DNA of 64,000 bases from a virus (Duplodnaviria; Caudoviricetes): IMG/VR virus record IMGVR_UViG_3300021124_000001; one strand, written 5' to 3'. A model generated the notes under the pieces. The model worked only from the letters and a program-made list of their open reading frames with translations. It made no database searches and had not been told where the DNA came from. Shown here one piece after another: positions 60,000 to 64,000 of this stretch. The translations under genes and the position numbers were made by a program. The stretch's first letter is position 1. Each line of letters starts with the position of its first letter.

Positions 60000-61360
60000 T
60001 GGCGGATACACAGTTACCTAAACCAGGTATAGTTTATCCTAATGACTATACCTTAATAAATTTGACATTACTGACAGCAGTTAGTGCATTTGATGTTAAG
60101 AACATTATGGTTGAACTGTCTTATAACGAAGACTTGTTCACCAGTACAGCATCTGGTTATCTAATGTTGGTTGATGCTACCGGTTATATTGAGAAGTTAC
60201 ACATGAACGGCAACGAGTTCATTAGAATGACATTTGGTAAAGTAGATGATACAACAAACATCATTGATAAGATATTTCGTGTGTTCAAGGTAGCAAAACG
60301 TACACCTGAGAATGAAGGTAACACAGAAACCTATTCATTATACTTTTGTTCTGAAGAATTGATTCTATCAGAACAGTATAAAATTAGCAAGTCATACAAA
60401 GCACAAGACATAACATCAAACGTAAAAAATATTCTAAAAGATTATCTAAAAGTGCCTGACAACAAACTTGGTGTGTTTGAGCAGACTTTTGGTGTATATG
60501 ATTTTATTGTTCCAAACTTAAAACCTTTCGATGCTATCAATTGGATGTCAACATATGCTAGACCAGATAGCACAAAGTATGGTTCCGATTTATTGTTCTA
60601 TGAAGATAAGTTTGGTTATAATTTCAGATCAATTCAATCTTTGATTGGTCAGACTGTCTATAATGCATACAGTTTTAATCCAAAGAACGTTAATCAACAA
60701 ACACAGACAATAACACAAAGAGTTTACAATGCGTTGACGTATGAGATATTGGATTCTTATGACACTTTAGGAGCCATCAACTCTGGTGTCTTTGCAAACC
60801 AATTGATCTCGGTTGATCCTTTGTTACGCAGATATAGAATAACAAACTTTGATTATGGTAACTATTCCAAGACAGCAAAGACGTTGAATGGAAATCCCAT
60901 AACAAACAACATGAAGAATAGGTTTAGTGATAACCTTAATCAAACATCACAGGCTGTGTTGAAGTTGGTATTTTCAAATTACAATCAGACAGATTCAAGT
61001 TACGTTAAAACTAACGGTGGTGTTGCACACGACATCTTTGCTGAGACTTATATCCCTTATCGTTCAGCACAGTTGCCACTATTGAACTATACAAGAATTA
61101 AGATTTCTGTGCCCGGAGATCCAGGTTTAACTGTTGGTCGTGTTATAACATTCAACTTGTTATCTAAAGATCCAGATAAAAAAGAACCTGATGATTTTTA
61201 TTCTGGCAATTACTTGATTACAGCAGTTAGACACATGTTAACAGTACATGAATATAGAACCGTTCTTGAATTGGCTAAAGAAAGCACAACAACATTGTAT
61301 GCGGCCGTTGATAATAATTCACAGATTTGGGGTAATACTGTGAAAGGAATTACAAAATGA
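59999..61360 (+). CDS. Baseplate hub protein (gp27-like)
   Basis: EDLF...SG, PF.AI.W, FYE..G.NF.S, VPGD....G, SG.YLI.AVRH. Confidence 0.75.
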   Translation: MADTQLPKPGIVYPNDYTLINLTLLTAVSAFDVKNIMVELSYNEDLFTSTASGYLMLVDATGYIEKLHMNGNEFIRMTFGKVDDTTNIIDKIFRVFKVAKRTPENEGNTETYSLYFCSEELILSEQYKISKSYKAQDITSNVKNILKDYLKVPDNKLGVFEQTFGVYDFIVPNLKPFDAINWMSTYARPDSTKYGSDLLFYEDKFGYNFRSIQSLIGQTVYNAYSFNPKNVNQQTQTITQRVYNALTYEILDSYDTLGAINSGVFANQLISVDPLLRRYRITNFDYGNYSKTAKTLNGNPITNNMKNRFSDNLNQTSQAVLKLVFSNYNQTDSSYVKTNGGVAHDIFAETYIPYRSAQLPLLNYTRIKISVPGDPGLTVGRVITFNLLSKDPDKKEPDDFYSGNYLITAVRHMLTVHEYRTVLELAKESTTTLYAAVDNNSQIWGNTVKGITK

Positions 61361-62337
61361 CAAAAATGGTTAATAACTTTGCCGGTTTAAATGGTTGTGT
61401 TTGGTGGATGGGTGTGGTTGAAAATCGCATAGATCCATTAAAATTAGGTAGATGCCAAATTAGAATTTTTGGTTGGCATACAGACAATAAACAACTAATT
61501 CCTTGTGAAGATTTACCTTGGGTTGCACCAATTCTGTCCGGTAACACAACACAAACACATAAAACACCAAGAGAAGGTGATTATGTTGTCGGCTTGTTTA
61601 TGGACTCAGAATCAGGCCAATTTCCTTTCTATTTTGGTGTTATTCCTGGCATTCCAGTTACTGGACCAATTCAAGGAGCTGGCTTTTCAGACCCAAGGAC
61701 ACCAGAACAATTAGCTAAAGCACCTGTACCTTTTGGTGGAACGGCAAGTTTGTATCCAAATTTATTAAATGAACCGACAACCAGCCGTTTATACCGAAAC
61801 GAAAAGATCCAAGAAACAATTATCGCTAGAGAAGATGCAGACCTCACCACCAATGTGAACACTGCGGATGGATCATCCTGGTCACAACCAAAGTCAGCAT
61901 ATGCGGCAGTTCAACCATACAACCAAGTAACCGAAACTGAATCTGGACATGTGTTTGAGATGGATGACACCAAAGGTGCTGAAAGAATACATTTGGCGCA
62001 TAGAATGGGTACTTTCACTGAAATTCATCCAGATGGATCAAAAGTGACAAAGATTGTTGCTGATAACTATGAAATTGTGGCAGGAACAAACTTCGTTAGT
62101 ATTTCTGGGAATTGCAATTTGACTGTAAATGGAAATGTTACCTTAAATACTACAGGAAAAGTTATAGCAAAAGCATCCGAATTCGATTTAACTGGAAACT
62201 TAAATGTTGCCGGAGATGTTACAGTTACTGGTTCTATTAATGCAACAGGTGATGTGGTAGGAAGTGGCATCAGTCTTGATAATCACATACACACAGGAGT
62301 AAAAGTTGGCACCGATACTACTGGCAAACCAAGATAA
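61357..62337 (+). CDS. 5: Baseplate spike gp5 (OB fold plus beta helix, no lysozyme)
   Basis: GVVE.R.DPL.LGR..RI.G.H, LPW, TESGH.FE.DDT.GAERI. Confidence 0.92.
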   Translation: MTKMVNNFAGLNGCVWWMGVVENRIDPLKLGRCQIRIFGWHTDNKQLIPCEDLPWVAPILSGNTTQTHKTPREGDYVVGLFMDSESGQFPFYFGVIPGIPVTGPIQGAGFSDPRTPEQLAKAPVPFGGTASLYPNLLNEPTTSRLYRNEKIQETIIAREDADLTTNVNTADGSSWSQPKSAYAAVQPYNQVTETESGHVFEMDDTKGAERIHLAHRMGTFTEIHPDGSKVTKIVADNYEIVAGTNFVSISGNCNLTVNGNVTLNTTGKVIAKASEFDLTGNLNVAGDVTVTGSINATGDVVGSGISLDNHIHTGVKVGTDTTGKPR

Positions 62338-62344
62338 ATAGAAG

Positions 62345-62737
62345 ATGGCAAAATTAAACAGAATCTACGCAGACATCGACTTAACCTTTAACCGTGTGCC
62401 GGTTTCGGGGGATATTGCTTTGCGTTATGATGACCAGTCGGTGATTGCATCAGTAAGAAATTTGCTATTGACAAACTTCTATGATAGACCATTTCAACCA
62501 AACCTTGGTTCAAACATCAATGCTATTTTGTTTGAACCGACCACAAGCCTGACAGCAGGTATTTTAGAAACAGAAATACGAAATGTCATCACCAACTATG
62601 AGCCAAGGGTGCAAATCAACTCTTTGACTGTAAATCCAAACACAGACGGCAATACATTTTTGATTGATTTATCTTTCTACATTGGTAATAACACATCACC
62701 TACAGCGGTTAATTTAATTCTACAGAGGTCCAGATAA
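62345..62737 (+). CDS. 25: Baseplate wedge gp25
   Basis: DIDL.F, SVRNL.LT..DRPF.P..G, NYEPRV; GATAAATA upstream. Confidence 0.92.
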   Translation: MAKLNRIYADIDLTFNRVPVSGDIALRYDDQSVIASVRNLLLTNFYDRPFQPNLGSNINAILFEPTTSLTAGILETEIRNVITNYEPRVQINSLTVNPNTDGNTFLIDLSFYIGNNTSPTAVNLILQRSR

Positions 62738-63354
62738 TGTATTACATATATGCATATCTTAGAGAAGATGGGTCTCCTTATTACATAGGAAAAGGTAAAG
62801 GTCGGAGAGCTTGGAACAAAGACCATAATGTAAAATTACCAAAAGACCTATCAAGAATTATTATAATGGAAAAAAAACTAACCGAGCTTGGTGCTCTAGC
62901 TTTGGAGAGATTCTACATAAGGTGGTATGGACGTAAAGATAATAATACCGGTATATTGAGAAATCTGACAGATGGTGGTGAAGGTTTGATTAATCCATCA
63001 TCAGAAACCAAAGAAAAAATAAGTCTTAAAACCACAGGAAATAAATCTAGAACCGGTTTATCACACACATTAGAAACTAAAGAAAAAATTGGCAAATCAA
63101 ATAGTGGAGAGAATAGCCATTTTTATGGAAAAATTTCTTGGAATCACGGTCAAAAAACACGTATTGAAACAAGAGAAAAACAATCAAAAAAAAGAAAAAT
63201 GCGTGATGATGTGAGTGAACTTGCGGGTCGTGCAGGAAAAATAAGTCAAGAAAAATATAAAACAGACACAAATCGTCAAAAAGCTCACCAAGAACGTATG
63301 AAACTTTGGTGGAAAAACAGAAAAGAACAGGTGCTCCAAAATGTCCAACTCTAA
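62737..63354 (+). mobile_element. Free-standing GIY-YIG homing endonuclease
   Basis: [34 protein letters not shown]3 repeats. Confidence 0.88.
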
Positions 63355-64000
63355 TACAAATATTCAAGTTGCTAATTTAGATTTTGGTGACATCAAGAAA
63401 AATTTCATAAGTTATTTGCAATCACAGGACACCTTTAAAGACTATAACTTTTCAGGTTCTGCAATGTCCACTCTGTTGGATGTATTGACCTATAATACGC
63501 AATACAATGCTTATTATTTGAACATGGTTGCAAATGAGATGTTCTTAGACTCAGCAATACAACGTTCTTCGGTTGTGTCACATGCAAAGCTAATGAACTA
63601 TGTGCCACAATCTGCTGTGGCTCCTGTTGCACAGATCAATCTTTCTTTCAGTGGAATTACAACCACAAACTTTACTATTCCAAAGTATACAAACTTTATT
63701 TCAGGTGTTATGCCTGATGGTACACACTATCCATATGTGACAACAGACACATATACTGTAGGTGTTACAGCAAATACTGCCACATTTGCGGGTGTGGAGC
63801 TAAAGCAAGGTACTGTTGCAACTTACACCTATACTGTAGATTCAACATCAAATCCTCAATATTTGTTTGAGATACCTGATGCTGGTATCGATACATCAAC
63901 TTTGGTTGTTAGAGTCCAACAATCATCGTCAAACTCATCATATCAAATCTTTAGTCCTACCACAGACTATTTGAGCTTAACACCAACAGATACCGTATAT
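63341..64000 (+). CDS. 6: Baseplate wedge gp6, N-terminal part (runs off window)
   Basis: LDF..IK..YL..Q..FKDYNF.GS...LLD.L.YNT.YNA...NM.ANE.FLDSA. Confidence 0.93.
   Translation, partial: MSNSNTNIQVANLDFGDIKKNFISYLQSQDTFKDYNFSGSAMSTLLDVLTYNTQYNAYYLNMVANEMFLDSAIQRSSVVSHAKLMNYVPQSAVAPVAQINLSFSGITTTNFTIPKYTNFISGVMPDGTHYPYVTTDTYTVGVTANTATFAGVELKQGTVATYTYTVDSTSNPQYLFEIPDAGIDTSTLVVRVQQSSSNSSYQIFSPTTDYLSLTPTDTVY

Noticed and set aside
1-64000. Alternative genetic code (stop-codon reassignment)
   Set aside because: Core genes are full length in code 11, and TAA, TGA and TAG all occur as plausible stops.

Overview
64 kb of a large T4-like myophage genome in the standard genetic code. The host is probably a betaproteobacterium (inferred from the tmRNA tag ANDEKFRIAA and a DUF3563-like peptide). 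Layout: (1) 1-10.7 kb: nucleotide and DNA metabolism (nrdA end, thioredoxin, nrdB, denA-like GIY-YIG, RNase H), a zincin+vWA protein, an epimerase, GroES and a nucleotidyltransferase. (2) 10.7-12.8 kb: a divergence point with an 88-bp palindrome and about nine sigma70-type promoters. (3) 12.8-34 kb: an early hyperplastic region of small ORFs, containing a cassette-like MNERI/KFAELIV/HFGVEE array with DNA-conserved junctions. (4) 34-48 kb: auxiliary genes (homospermidine synthase, MazG, PhoH, a late operon with a Ser/Gly-rich protein plus at least five Fe/2OG oxygenases and a GNAT, a circularly permuted tmRNA, an outer-membrane protein, a cell-wall hydrolase). (5) 48-64 kb: gp33, gp59, gp32 and baseplate/tail/head-completion genes. 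Eight homing-endonuclease-like genes are scattered through the window. Six share a covarying hairpin leader bracketed by opposed late-promoter motifs, and three of those six have no recognisable nuclease domain. Other highlights are a helically phased TGTTG-N8-CAACA box upstream of early promoters and a likely -1 frameshift joining gp26 and gp51. All family calls come from motif recognition and gene order; no database searches were run.
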